A stretch of DNA of 53,260 nucleotides. Origin: a virus. Its lineage: Duplodnaviria > Caudoviricetes. Under the pieces are notes generated by a model. It was not told the DNA's origin and did not search any database. It was given only the letters and a program-made list of their open reading frames with translations. Every line of letters starts with the position of its first letter. Positions within the stretch are counted from its first letter, which is position 1. The position numbers and the translations under genes are program-made. Below, piece by piece: positions 1-9,213 of this stretch. The stretch spans positions 1-53,260 of IMG/VR virus record IMGVR_UViG_3300031983_000023. One strand, written 5' to 3'.

Positions 1-55
1 GCCCTGAGAATTATGTCCTCCTGGATCACGGCCGGCGGGATCACCGAAAACGCGT
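1..55. repeat. Terminal direct repeat (circular assembly overlap), copy 1
   Basis: Bases 1-55 are identical to 53206-53260, and a reading frame runs uninterrupted across the join. Confidence 0.97.
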
Positions 56-311
56 CCGGAAGGTCCACCTCGTGCTTTGCGTAGCCCACGGCCGGGGTGA
101 TGTTGAGCGTGTCCCCGGCGCCCTTGGTCACCACGCCCCCGGACACCAGGGCGGGAAGCGTCTGGCCCATGTCGGCCAGGATCTTTCCGACCAGGTTCCG
201 CAGGTAGTGGAAGTCCCTCCCCAGGTCCTGGCTGTAGTATCTGTCCCCCAGTGCCAGGGGAAGGTTCGGGGATCCCCCGTCGTACTCTTGGTTGTGGTGC
301 TTTATGGCCAT
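1..311 (-). CDS. Tail fibre / receptor-binding protein, N-terminal part (continues across the origin into 53249..51021; ~831 aa in total)
   Basis: ATG at 311 with GAGGAGGAG RBS. Reads MAIKHHNQEYDGGSPNLPLALGDRYYSQDLGRDF...PDAFSVIPPAVIQED, in frame with the 742-aa ORF. Follows the baseplate genes. Confidence 0.85.
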   Translation of the reverse strand, partial: MAIKHHNQEYDGGSPNLPLALGDRYYSQDLGRDFHYLRNLVGKILADMGQTLPALVSGGVVTKGAGDTLNITPAVGYAKHEVDLPDAFSVIPPAVIQEDIILR

Positions 312-321
312 GTGCTCCTCC

Positions 322-1635
322 TCATATCCTCACGTACTCTATGAATTGCCCGGCGACGTTCACGTAGCCCAGGATCACCCGAATGTAGGCGGGAACGACG
401 TCGGTCTCCAGCTCCTGGACCATGTTCTCCACCTCCTGGGCAGTAAGGGAATCGTTGTCCACGTCGATGTAGATGTTGCCGGCGATCTCCACCTCGTCCC
501 CGGCCCCTATCAGGGCTATACCGAGGTCGTCGTCTATCCCGTCCGCGCCGAGGGAAGCCCAGTAGTAGGCCGGCGGGGTGAGGCCGTCCCCGACCAGGAT
601 CCAGTCGTCCCCGGAGAACCCCTTGAGAATCTGCGCGTCCCCTCCCGCTATGGCGTCTATCTTCGGCTTCGCGTCCTCCTGCCACAGCCCCCGGCTCTTG
701 TGCCCCCTGACGGCGAAGCCAATCTTTTGCCTTTTTTCCCTCTCGGTCTCGTACCCCTTGAAGCCGGCCTGGAACATGAAGCCCAGCTCTTCCAGGGCCG
801 CCTCCTGCGCCCTGGCGGGGTCGTAGAGGTGCTGCAACTCCTTCGTCTCGCTTCCCCACGCCCCGATGAGCTCGTCCATTTTGCCGGTGAGTGCCAGGAG
901 GTCGGGCGACGGGTTGTCGCGGAAAATCTTCGGCACGTAGTCCACGAACGGCGCGGGCAGCCCGCTCTGCGGCTTGTAGGTCGAGGGAATGGGGGCTATG
1001 CCGATCCAGCCAGTCGTGGCCAAAAGCAGCTCGTCGACGTAGACCTTGAGCCCCTCCGTTATGTTGACACCCATGACGTCCCACTTTCCGAAATGGATGT
1101 TGTCGACCTCCGTCGGGGAGTTGGGGCTGTAGCTTCCCAGCAGTTGCCCGTTGACCCTCCATTCGAGCGAGCTCGATCCGGCCGCGCCTTTCTTGTAGTG
1201 GAGCTCCAGGTAGTGCTCGGCGTTCAGCGAAAACCCCGTGGCGTCGTCGACGCCGCCCGTGTTGGGATCGTAGTAGTTCCAGCCGACCGGCTCCCCCCCT
1301 GCCGGCCAGTTTATCCCGATCGTCTGGAGGATGCTTCCGCCGGAGCTTCTCAGCATGAGAATCGGCCAGCCGGCGGAGGTGCTGCAGTACAAGGAGGCGA
1401 GCAGCACTAAATGGAACCGGGCGTAGACCTCGAAGTAGGGGCCGTTGGGGAGAACTTTCAGGGCCAGGGCCCCCCACGAGCCCGCCCCCGCGACAATTTC
1501 GTACCCGAAGACGCCGCGGATCGCCGCTTCGGCCCGGAGGCGAAACTTTCCGTTGCCCGACTGCTGGACCGAGTCGAAATCCCAGGGGATAATGTCGGGG
1601 ATTCCTTCGCCGTCGGCCTTAAATATTTCTGCCAT
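322..1635 (-). CDS. Baseplate wedge / tail protein I-like, with N-terminal beta-rich (lectin-like) domain
   Basis: Lies downstream of baseplate J. C-terminal LYDPARAQEAALEELG...VVPAYIRV resembles P2 gpI-type proteins. Confidence 0.6.
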   Translation of the reverse strand: MAEIFKADGEGIPDIIPWDFDSVQQSGNGKFRLRAEAAIRGVFGYEIVAGAGSWGALALKVLPNGPYFEVYARFHLVLLASLYCSTSAGWPILMLRSSGGSILQTIGINWPAGGEPVGWNYYDPNTGGVDDATGFSLNAEHYLELHYKKGAAGSSSLEWRVNGQLLGSYSPNSPTEVDNIHFGKWDVMGVNITEGLKVYVDELLLATTGWIGIAPIPSTYKPQSGLPAPFVDYVPKIFRDNPSPDLLALTGKMDELIGAWGSETKELQHLYDPARAQEAALEELGFMFQAGFKGYETEREKRQKIGFAVRGHKSRGLWQEDAKPKIDAIAGGDAQILKGFSGDDWILVGDGLTPPAYYWASLGADGIDDDLGIALIGAGDEVEIAGNIYIDVDNDSLTAQEVENMVQELETDVVPAYIRVILGYVNVAGQFIEYVRI

Positions 1636-1641
1636 CGGTTT

Positions 1642-3399
1642 CTACGGTATCTCCGAAAGATTCAGGGTCCCCACGGCCGTGATCTCGTCCGCCGCCAGGA
1701 CTATCGGAAACGAGGGCGCGGTTATGGTGGTGTAGTCCACGCCGAACACGAAGACGTCTATATAGCCCAGGGCGTCGGATTCCTGCCTGTCCTTCCCGAA
1801 GTCGGCGCTGTCCAGGTTCGCCACCAGCCTTTCGACCTGGGTATAGTCGGCGGCGTCGAAGCTCGCCGAAAAAATCGAGTTGATCTTTTCCACGGCCCCC
1901 TCGATCCCCCCGCTTTCGTAGGCGGTCGCGATCTCGAACCCGGACTCGGAGAGGAACAGCTGCCAGGCGAGCTCGAAGTAGGGCTCCACGTTCGCGTAGG
2001 TGTACCCCTCCTTGACCTTCGCCGCGGAGGTGACGTTCACCGGCGTTATCGTGGCGGCGAGAAAGCGCGCGTCTATGGACTCCAGGATGCTCCTGTCTAT
2101 CAGGTACGCCTCGATCGCGGCCCTCAGGGCCGGGGACGGGTTGCCTCCCCCGGTGGCCACCCCGACGACCTTGCAGCTCAGGGGGCCGTACTCGTTGCGG
2201 GCCACGCTCACGAGGGAAACCCCCCCGTAGGCCAGGGCCAGCGCCTCCCCGTCCTCCGAGGTGACAAAGCGGTTCCTGGCCTTGAGCAGCAGGGGGGCCA
2301 GCCTCTTGGACACCTCCATGTTCTCCTCGTCGGCTCCGCCCGTCAACGCCGACGGGTTGGACACCCCGTCTATGTCGGAGTCGGTGCCGGCGTAGATATT
2401 CACCTGGCCCACCACGGAAACGTTGCTGTCGTCGCCGCCCCCGGTGGCGTAGGAGACGTACACGCTGAAAGCCTCCGGAATCTTGCCGTAGGTTCCGTTG
2501 CCGAACTGGAGAAGCGCCGAACCGTCGCTGAGAAATACCAGCTTGAAGTCCTTATCATTCGGCAGGGAGTCCACCCAGAAGTCGATTCTTGTCCACGCCT
2601 CGGAGTTGACCACCACGGCGATGGTGGCCTCCAGTATCCCCTTGTGCGCGAGCGCGAACTCCAGCCAGAGGGACTGGCCGTCGGAGTCGCCGGCCACGTA
2701 CTGGTCCACGGTCTCCTGCTGGTAGACGGTTTTCCGGAAGGAGAAGAGCGTTATCGTGTGCGTGCCCGTGCCCTGGGAGGTGATGTCTATGTAGGCCCCG
2801 GCGTAGGCGTACTCGAGGGATTCGGCGAAGCGGATCTCCGTCGCGCTCAGCCTTATCACCCAGTAGTCGGTCGCCAGCGCCAGGCCCCCGGGCAGGGTCC
2901 CGGAGCTCGTCAGTCTCACCAGCTCCCCGGTCAGGAAGTCCCTCGCCAGGTTCGTGAACTTGTCGCTCGCTATGTCCACGTCGGCCGCCGCCTCCGTGTC
3001 GGTCACCTCGCCGACCACCTCCTGGCTTCTTGCCTCGAACCTCTTGGCGGAAATTGCCAGGGAGCCCTGGGTTGTCGCGGCCAGGTCCCCCTGGGAAATC
3101 GTCACGGGAAAGGACACGCCGCGGTCGAGATAGAACAGTATCTCGCCGCTGGAGGGGGAGCGCCCGGCCGGGAAATAGTCCAGCAGGGCGACGAGGTCCG
3201 TGACCGCCCGGCGGGTGAAGGAGGTGCGCAGATAGGCGTTGTTCGCCCCGGCGTTGTTCCACATGGACAGCACGTCCCCGACTCCGGCGACGCACCGCTT
3301 CCACCAGGCCGGCTTGTCCTTCAGCAGCAAATCCGAGTTTATGTCGCCGAGTATGGAGTTGTAGGTCCTCGAGGTGTACTGGATCGGGTTTCCTGCCAT
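1642..3399 (-). CDS. Baseplate J/gp47-like wedge protein
   Basis: 585 aa. YTSRTYNSI start, LQFGNGTYGKIP, GGADEE and RFVTSED motifs typical of baseplate J/gp6. Confidence 0.85.
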   Translation of the reverse strand: MAGNPIQYTSRTYNSILGDINSDLLLKDKPAWWKRCVAGVGDVLSMWNNAGANNAYLRTSFTRRAVTDLVALLDYFPAGRSPSSGEILFYLDRGVSFPVTISQGDLAATTQGSLAISAKRFEARSQEVVGEVTDTEAAADVDIASDKFTNLARDFLTGELVRLTSSGTLPGGLALATDYWVIRLSATEIRFAESLEYAYAGAYIDITSQGTGTHTITLFSFRKTVYQQETVDQYVAGDSDGQSLWLEFALAHKGILEATIAVVVNSEAWTRIDFWVDSLPNDKDFKLVFLSDGSALLQFGNGTYGKIPEAFSVYVSYATGGGDDSNVSVVGQVNIYAGTDSDIDGVSNPSALTGGADEENMEVSKRLAPLLLKARNRFVTSEDGEALALAYGGVSLVSVARNEYGPLSCKVVGVATGGGNPSPALRAAIEAYLIDRSILESIDARFLAATITPVNVTSAAKVKEGYTYANVEPYFELAWQLFLSESGFEIATAYESGGIEGAVEKINSIFSASFDAADYTQVERLVANLDSADFGKDRQESDALGYIDVFVFGVDYTTITAPSFPIVLAADEITAVGTLNLSEIP

Positions 3400-3400
3400 T

Positions 3401-3811
3401 CTATCCTCCGGGGCGGAGCGTCCCCGCCCTTATGGTCCTGGCGTTCTTGTAGCTCGCGTAGGGGATGTACTGGAGCCTCACCTCGACCTCGCCCCTGGCG
3501 GGGGACTCCACGGATATGGTCGACTGGCTGGCGGCGGCCCTCCGGTCGCGGGTGCCGCTCGTGCCGTCCCCGACCTCCTGGTTTCTCCTCGAAATCCACT
3601 CCACCACGGCGAACCTGAGCTCTATCTGCATCGCCAGGCTCTCGGGAAAGTTTTCGTAGGATGGCACCCCCGCGCCGAAATCCCTGTGGTAGAGCATGCT
3701 CCTTTTCGGCTGCATGAGCCCCTGCAGCAGGTCGGAGTCTATCTCGAACAGCAGGTCCAGCTGCCCGTAGTAAAAAAAGGCGTCGATGTGCGAAAGCTGC
3801 CCGAACATCAC
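3401..3811 (-). CDS. gp25/GpW-like baseplate sheath initiator
   Basis: 136 aa between spike and J; YHRDFGAGV motif. Confidence 0.65.
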   Translation of the reverse strand: MMFGQLSHIDAFFYYGQLDLLFEIDSDLLQGLMQPKRSMLYHRDFGAGVPSYENFPESLAMQIELRFAVVEWISRRNQEVGDGTSGTRDRRAAASQSTISVESPARGEVEVRLQYIPYASYKNARTIRAGTLRPGG

Positions 3812-4392
3812 TCCCCCTTGATCTCTTCGCTCAGCAGCCCAGAGGGCTGGGACGTCGAGGTCTGCGGAATCCCGCTCACCCCTCCCCCGGTTGTCACCCC
3901 GAGGTGCACGTGCGCGTTGAGCCAGGTCACCAGGCTTGAGAGAAACGAGTCGAGGTCGCCGCCCCTGACAAAGGCCTGGGTACCCCCGGCTATCCTGAGA
4001 ACCTTGCCGTCCGCGTCGTAGACGATCCTCATGCTACCAACCGCGTCGGAGAAGATCACCCTCGTGCGCGGCCCTTCGTACCCCGGCACCTCGGACCCCT
4101 TCATTTCCGCCATCTTCCCTATGTACACGGCCCGTGCCGGGTCGCCCGCCATGAAGTAGACCTCCACGTACTCGCCCAGCTCCGGGGTCACCTGCCCGCC
4201 GCGGTGCCTCGGCCAGGCCCAGGGGCCCTCGTCCTCGCTCGAGTGGCCGAGCTCCGCTATCGCCACCAGAACCCTGCCCCTCCCGAGCGGGTCCTTGTTG
4301 TCCAGGACCTTGCCGGAGTAGTGCCGGAGGAACCTGGTTTCATTCCGCACTATCTCCTCTATGATGCCCAGCTCGGTGCGGGAAATGTCCAT
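3808..4392 (-). CDS. Baseplate central spike (gpV-like)
   Basis: True start MDISRTELG at 4392. OB-fold motif DPLGRGRVLV...PELGEYVEVYFMAGDPARAVYIG and C-terminal HVH apex motif. Confidence 0.85.
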   Translation of the reverse strand: MDISRTELGIIEEIVRNETRFLRHYSGKVLDNKDPLGRGRVLVAIAELGHSSEDEGPWAWPRHRGGQVTPELGEYVEVYFMAGDPARAVYIGKMAEMKGSEVPGYEGPRTRVIFSDAVGSMRIVYDADGKVLRIAGGTQAFVRGGDLDSFLSSLVTWLNAHVHLGVTTGGGVSGIPQTSTSQPSGLLSEEIKGE

Positions 4393-5633
4393 TAAAGCAG
4401 CCCCTCCCCGGTCGGCGTTATGGAGAACGCGTCGACGACCTGGATGCCCCCCGTGTAGCCCTCCGGCCCTATCTTGTGCGACACCCGCCGCATGTAAAAT
4501 TTCGTGTTGGCGTTCCCTATCTGGTCCGGGAACCCGTTGCCGAAGGTCGCCTCGTTGGAGATCGCGTGCAGTGGGCTGCCGAGCACCCGCAGGTTGACGG
4601 TGTATCCGAGCCCCTGCGGGGCGGTGTAGCTCTCGATTTCCACGAAGAACCTTTTCACCTTCTCGAAGCTCTCCACGGCGAGGTACTCCCGGACGAACCG
4701 CACCTTCTCCTCGAAGCCGCCCTCCAGGCCCCTCCTCTCCAGCTCCGCGCTTATCTTCTCCGGGGCCAGGCGCCAGCCCACGACCCGGTCGTCCTCCACC
4801 ACGTAGCGGATGAAGCGGGGCTGGCCGTCCACGAAGCTTATCCGGACGTTGTCGCCCAGCCCGCTCTCGCCGTTGTGGTTCACCCAGTCGTAGCTGATGA
4901 CGTTGCTCACGGTCCCCCCGTAGTCGAAGAAGTTGCCCGTTCCCGAGCCGCCCGTCACCCACCTGTTGAACGGGCTGGAAACGATAAGGCCGGGGTCCAC
5001 GAACATGGCCGCCAGGGAGCCGTCCGGCATGTAGCCGATCTTGAAGGACACCCTCATTTCCCTGCCGAGCCTGGCCAGAAACTTGAACGCGCTCTCCCAC
5101 CGCGGCAGCTCCCTCCCCCCGGAAAGCGGGTCGCTGGCCGCCGAGAAGCGGACGTCCCTCTTTACTATGCCGAGCTCGTCCATGACCTCCCTGATCACCC
5201 CGCCCTTGGAGCCGCCCCTGTAGACCTTCCTCTTCTCCTCGCCCCTCTGGTCCAGGGCGGTGAAGCTGCACTTGTAGGTCGTCACCCCCTTCTGGTCCCC
5301 CCCGCCGGCGGGGCTCGTCACGAAAACGAGCAGCCCGCGGCGCTCCAGGGTGCCGGTCATCTCGTCGACGTTGAACTCCCTGCCCAGCGCGCTCTCCAGG
5401 GATAAATCGCCCTTAACGTACCCCCAGGTTATGGACAGCCTCGCGCCGACCCGCAGGAGCCTCGAGTGCACGTTGTTGGGGTCCCTCAGCATCAAGGAGC
5501 CGGAGTCCAGCTTGTCGAGCTCCTCGACCACCTCCAGGGACATGACGTCCGCGCTCAGGGACTCCCCCAGGCCCAGGTCCGGGGATTCCACGGTGAAGAA
5601 CGAGGAGTCCTTGTTCGCCAGGCCCATGCTCAC
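4392..5633 (-). CDS. Baseplate hub (gpD/gp27-like)
   Basis: 413 aa, immediately upstream of the spike; ends ...FYMRRVSHKIGPEGYT. Confidence 0.7.
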   Translation of the reverse strand: MSMGLANKDSSFFTVESPDLGLGESLSADVMSLEVVEELDKLDSGSLMLRDPNNVHSRLLRVGARLSITWGYVKGDLSLESALGREFNVDEMTGTLERRGLLVFVTSPAGGGDQKGVTTYKCSFTALDQRGEEKRKVYRGGSKGGVIREVMDELGIVKRDVRFSAASDPLSGGRELPRWESAFKFLARLGREMRVSFKIGYMPDGSLAAMFVDPGLIVSSPFNRWVTGGSGTGNFFDYGGTVSNVISYDWVNHNGESGLGDNVRISFVDGQPRFIRYVVEDDRVVGWRLAPEKISAELERRGLEGGFEEKVRFVREYLAVESFEKVKRFFVEIESYTAPQGLGYTVNLRVLGSPLHAISNEATFGNGFPDQIGNANTKFYMRRVSHKIGPEGYTGGIQVVDAFSITPTGEGLL

Positions 5634-5902
5634 AGCGGTATCTCCAAAGTCTTGAGCTTCCCCAGGTCGAACCCCGCGTCGACTATCCTCTCCCTGTTGT
5701 GGTCGAATATCTTGTGGGCCATGGATTCGCCGCCCCGCCCGTAGACGTCGTCCTGGCTCGCTATTTCGTCAAGCCACTGCCTCCCGGCAAGGTCTATGGA
5801 AAACCACGCCCGCTGACCCTTCGGCTCGCGCATGTCCTTGACCGCCACCGATCGGCCGGCGCTGTTCGTGAAGCTCACGGTCTCGACGTCGATGTACCTC
5901 AA
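5630..5902 (-). CDS. Small baseplate protein (tail X / LysM-like)
   Basis: 90 aa, WLDEIA...YG...IFDHN...LEIP pattern; synteny. Confidence 0.55.
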   Translation of the reverse strand: MRYIDVETVSFTNSAGRSVAVKDMREPKGQRAWFSIDLAGRQWLDEIASQDDVYGRGGESMAHKIFDHNRERIVDAGFDLGKLKTLEIPL

Positions 5903-6495
5903 TAAGGCCTCCCCACGAACAGGCTCCTCGCCTGTGAATAGCCGGGAATGAACTGCCCGGCGAGCATGGCGAAGCGCCGGAACTCCTCCTCCGCCTTGTA
6001 GAGCGGGTGCGTCTCGTCAAGCAGGAGCTCTATGTCTATGTCGCTGTACTGCGGATAGCCGCGCTGGTTGACCCAGTGGCGGCGGTTGACCGCCTGGACC
6101 CTTGCCACCCAGTACACGAGCGGCACCTGGCTGCCGGTCCCCCAGTAGTACAGCACCTTCGGGGTGGGGGAGAACTGCCCCGTCCTTTTCAGCCTCCTGC
6201 CGAGCCTTCCGGAGGCCTGGTTTCTCAGGGCGAGGTACTGCTGGAGCAGCAGGATGTTTCCGATCGTGTTGTTCCGCTTGATCAGCGGAATGGTGAAGCT
6301 CACCTTCTGGTTGCCGCCCCCGGCCGGGTTGATCGGCGCGTAGTTGAGACCCGGGATCGGGGTCTCGGCCAGTATTATGTCCTTGGAGCTCGTTATGTCG
6401 CCGGGAACGAACGGCGAGGTTATGAGCTGCCTGTTGCTCAGGTCGTACAGGAACCACGGAATGTTGCCCTGGAAATCCGGAATCTGCAGGCCCAC
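5899..6495 (-). CDS. Tail tube initiator (gpU-like)
   Basis: 198 aa after the tape measure; PKVLYYWG motif typical of contractile tube initiators. Confidence 0.6.
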   Translation of the reverse strand: MGLQIPDFQGNIPWFLYDLSNRQLITSPFVPGDITSSKDIILAETPIPGLNYAPINPAGGGNQKVSFTIPLIKRNNTIGNILLLQQYLALRNQASGRLGRRLKRTGQFSPTPKVLYYWGTGSQVPLVYWVARVQAVNRRHWVNQRGYPQYSDIDIELLLDETHPLYKAEEEFRRFAMLAGQFIPGYSQARSLFVGRPY

Positions 6496-6496
6496 C

Positions 6497-7750
6497 TTAG
6501 CCCCCCGCCCTCACCATGTCGTCCATTATCTTTTCGCGGAGCCCCTGCGCCACGCCCTCCCCGAAAAGCCTGCCGGCGGCCTCCGCGCTCCCCTCCGTCA
6601 CGCTCACGGAAATGTTGTTCGTTACCTGGATCTTGGCGCCCCCGAAGGGAAGCTGCGTTCCCCTCGCCGCGAATATGGTGTCCTCCGGGTGCGTCTCCAC
6701 CACCTGGCCCCTCTTGGTGATGATCACGTCCCGCACGGTCTTTGGAGGGCCGAAGCCGAACTCCGCCCCCTTGAAGCCTTCCTTGTATGCCTCGAAGGTG
6801 CTCCTCAGCCAGCCCAGGAAGCCCCCGCCGCGGCTCTCGACCTCCTTCTTGAACTCCTCCTCGGCCTCCCTGCCCCACTCCGGGCGCTCCTCCCCCCGGA
6901 AAAGCCAGCCCCAGGTCTGCTGGAACCTCTCGGATTCGAGGCCCTCCCTTATCCTCTCGATCATGTCGGCGATCCACTCCAGGGCCGCCGCTATGCCTTC
7001 CAGGGTCTTGACCACGATCCTGCCGACGGTTCCGCCCAGCATCTCGAAAAAGTCCTCGTACCCCTTGAAATCCGTCCCGAATATCGCCGCGGCTATCCTC
7101 CGGAAGGCCTCCCCGATCTTTTCCAGCGGCTCCCCTATGCCGGCCAGGCCGTCTATGAACCCCCTGAGAAACGCCCCGCTAAGGCGGGTGACCATCTTGA
7201 CTATTTCGCCCACCGCCTCGGCAACCGGCCGCAGCAGCTCGCCTATAAAAATTGCGGCCAGGGACACCTTGAAAAGGAAAAGGTTCATGCGCCGCTCGAA
7301 CTCTCCCAGGTCCCCGAATATCGCGGCGCCCACCTGCCTGGCGATTTTCAGGAACTGCCGTATTATGGTCATTCCGGCGCGGAACACCCCGACGAGAATA
7401 TGGCCCCACCTCGTGAAGGCCGTGCGGTGTTCCCGCACCCAGTCGAGCATCCTCTGGAGCAGCGGCATTATCTCGCGCCTCAGCGGGAAGAGCAGGTTCT
7501 TGAGGAATATTCCCTTGGCTATGCCGAAGGCCTGCCCGACTTCGGGCATTCCCCGCAGGACGTTCCGGACGGCCAGGAACCCCGCCGCCAGGGCCCCCAC
7601 CTTCGCGAGCACCTTGCCCATGCCGGCGCTCACCCCCTGGGCTATCTTCTTGGCGCTGGTCTGCATGGAGTCCATGCCCCTGGTCACCTTCCGCATGCCG
7701 TTCTGGAAGGGCTTCTCGTCGAACGTGAACGTTACGTCTCTTTCAGGCAT
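6497..7750 (-). CDS. Tape measure protein (short, 417 aa)
   Basis: Helical, amphipathic, Ala/Gly-rich; lies after the chaperones and before the baseplate genes. Confidence 0.7.
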   Translation of the reverse strand: MPERDVTFTFDEKPFQNGMRKVTRGMDSMQTSAKKIAQGVSAGMGKVLAKVGALAAGFLAVRNVLRGMPEVGQAFGIAKGIFLKNLLFPLRREIMPLLQRMLDWVREHRTAFTRWGHILVGVFRAGMTIIRQFLKIARQVGAAIFGDLGEFERRMNLFLFKVSLAAIFIGELLRPVAEAVGEIVKMVTRLSGAFLRGFIDGLAGIGEPLEKIGEAFRRIAAAIFGTDFKGYEDFFEMLGGTVGRIVVKTLEGIAAALEWIADMIERIREGLESERFQQTWGWLFRGEERPEWGREAEEEFKKEVESRGGGFLGWLRSTFEAYKEGFKGAEFGFGPPKTVRDVIITKRGQVVETHPEDTIFAARGTQLPFGGAKIQVTNNISVSVTEGSAEAAGRLFGEGVAQGLREKIMDDMVRAGG

Positions 7751-7982
7751 TGCCTTTCGCCTTCCTTAGCAAGCTCTCCGCCTCGCGGACCACGGTTTCG
7801 TAGTCGGGCCACGGGCACCGCTCCAGGTATTCCGGACCGATCGCGCCCCACGTCGCCTGCGCCACGGCCATGGCCTCCCTGAGCAGCACCCCGCGGCTGA
7901 AGTCCAGGTATCGGATGCTTTGGAAAAGCCAGTGCTCTCCCGGATCCCTGGCTAAACGGAGGGGAGAGCGGAGGCGAAAAAA
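7743..7982 (-). CDS. Tail assembly chaperone C-terminal extension (predicted -1 frameshift product)
   Basis: Open -1 frame after slippery T TTT TTC at 7982-7976, ending over the tape measure start. Confidence 0.6.
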   Translation of the reverse strand, partial: FFRLRSPLRLARDPGEHWLFQSIRYLDFSRGVLLREAMAVAQATWGAIGPEYLERCPWPDYETVVREAESLLRKAKGNA

Positions 7983-8782
7983 TTGGAGGTGTTGACCTCC
8001 GCCTCCCACTTCTTGCCGCAGGAGGGGCACGTTTTCGGGATGGTGTCCTTCATGCCGTACCGCTCCATTTCCCGGCCGATTCCTCCGAGGCCGCCGGGGC
8101 CGACCTTCATTTTCTCGAAAGTGAACATGCCGTACTCCCCCCGCCATTTCGTGGACACCTCCTCGCCGTTCACCTTCCTGGTCGCCTCGATGTAGATCGC
8201 GAACTGCCTCCGCATCCGGTCGGACGCGCCGTATTTCCCGTAGGAGCTCATGGCGTGTCCGAGGGTGGGCCAGCTCATTTCTATCTCGCTGGCGCTGTAC
8301 ACGGCCTCGCCCGAGGACTTGTCCTTCATGGTGACCGGCTTCGCCAGGGAGACGGAAAAGGCCTCTTCCCGCTTCCCGTCCATGTAGGCCACTCCGATGT
8401 CGGATATCTGGTCCCTCGAGTCGCTGTCCTCGGACCTATATTCGGCAACCTGCCTTTTGCCGCACCTCGGACAGTCGTACACCCCCTCTATGCCCTCGTC
8501 GGCGTCTATCAGGAGCATGGCCCGGATCGCCAGGAGCTCCGCGCTCCTGATCGGGATGTGCTTCACCATGGCCCGGGCCTGGTCGCCCTCCATGCCGTCG
8601 CCCCCCTCCTCGCGAAGGAACTCCACGCACCCGCGGAGAAACTCGTGGATCGCCTGGAAGTAGTTGCCCTCGTCGAGGGCGCGCCGCGTGTCGGCCAGCG
8701 TCCCGGCGTCGGGAACCACCAGGTCGACCTCGCCGTAGGCCTTCCCCCCGCTGAAGACCGGAATGGGAATCCTTACGGTCAC
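7952..8782 (-). CDS. Tail assembly chaperone with two CxxC pairs
   Basis: GTG start overlaps the tube stop (GTGA). CPRC and CPSC motifs; lies between tube and tape measure. Confidence 0.7.
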   Translation of the reverse strand: MTVRIPIPVFSGGKAYGEVDLVVPDAGTLADTRRALDEGNYFQAIHEFLRGCVEFLREEGGDGMEGDQARAMVKHIPIRSAELLAIRAMLLIDADEGIEGVYDCPRCGKRQVAEYRSEDSDSRDQISDIGVAYMDGKREEAFSVSLAKPVTMKDKSSGEAVYSASEIEMSWPTLGHAMSSYGKYGASDRMRRQFAIYIEATRKVNGEEVSTKWRGEYGMFTFEKMKVGPGGLGGIGREMERYGMKDTIPKTCPSCGKKWEAEVNTSNFFASALPSV

Positions 8783-9201
8783 GTCGCCGGCCCCACGTTC
8801 TTGACGTCCCAGGGCACGAGCCGGACCGTCACCTGCGCGTACACCGGATTTTGCGCGTCGTAGGCCGGCTTGCTCTTTGCGCTGAGCTCGCAGCGCGGCA
8901 TGATGTCCCTGTCGAACTCCGCCCCGTGGGAGTCTGTGCGGATCACCGTCACGTCGTGCAGCTCCCTCCTGGTGAACCAATCCTCCAGGGCCTGTCTCGT
9001 CACGCTGCCCCTGGAAAGCTTGTAGGTCGCTTCCACGGTCGGGATGGTGATCACCCCGTTCGTGATCTTCCGGACCTTGCCGAACTCCGGAACCTCCAGC
9101 TCCCCCTGTTCCATCGGAACCTCTGCGAAGTTGACGAGCCCCTGGAGCTCCTCCCCGTCCACGAGCAGACGGACCTTTTCGCCCATGTCTCCCTTCTGCA
9201 T
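8779..9201 (-). CDS. Tail tube protein
   Basis: 140 aa directly after the sheath gene. Confidence 0.75.
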   Translation of the reverse strand: MQKGDMGEKVRLLVDGEELQGLVNFAEVPMEQGELEVPEFGKVRKITNGVITIPTVEATYKLSRGSVTRQALEDWFTRRELHDVTVIRTDSHGAEFDRDIMPRCELSAKSKPAYDAQNPVYAQVTVRLVPWDVKNVGPAT

Positions 9202-9213
9202 TTTCGCCTCCCG

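Noticed and set aside
1-55. Biological terminal repeat of the virion DNA
   Set aside because: It is 55 nt long and falls mid-gene, typical of an assembler k-mer overlap on a circular contig.
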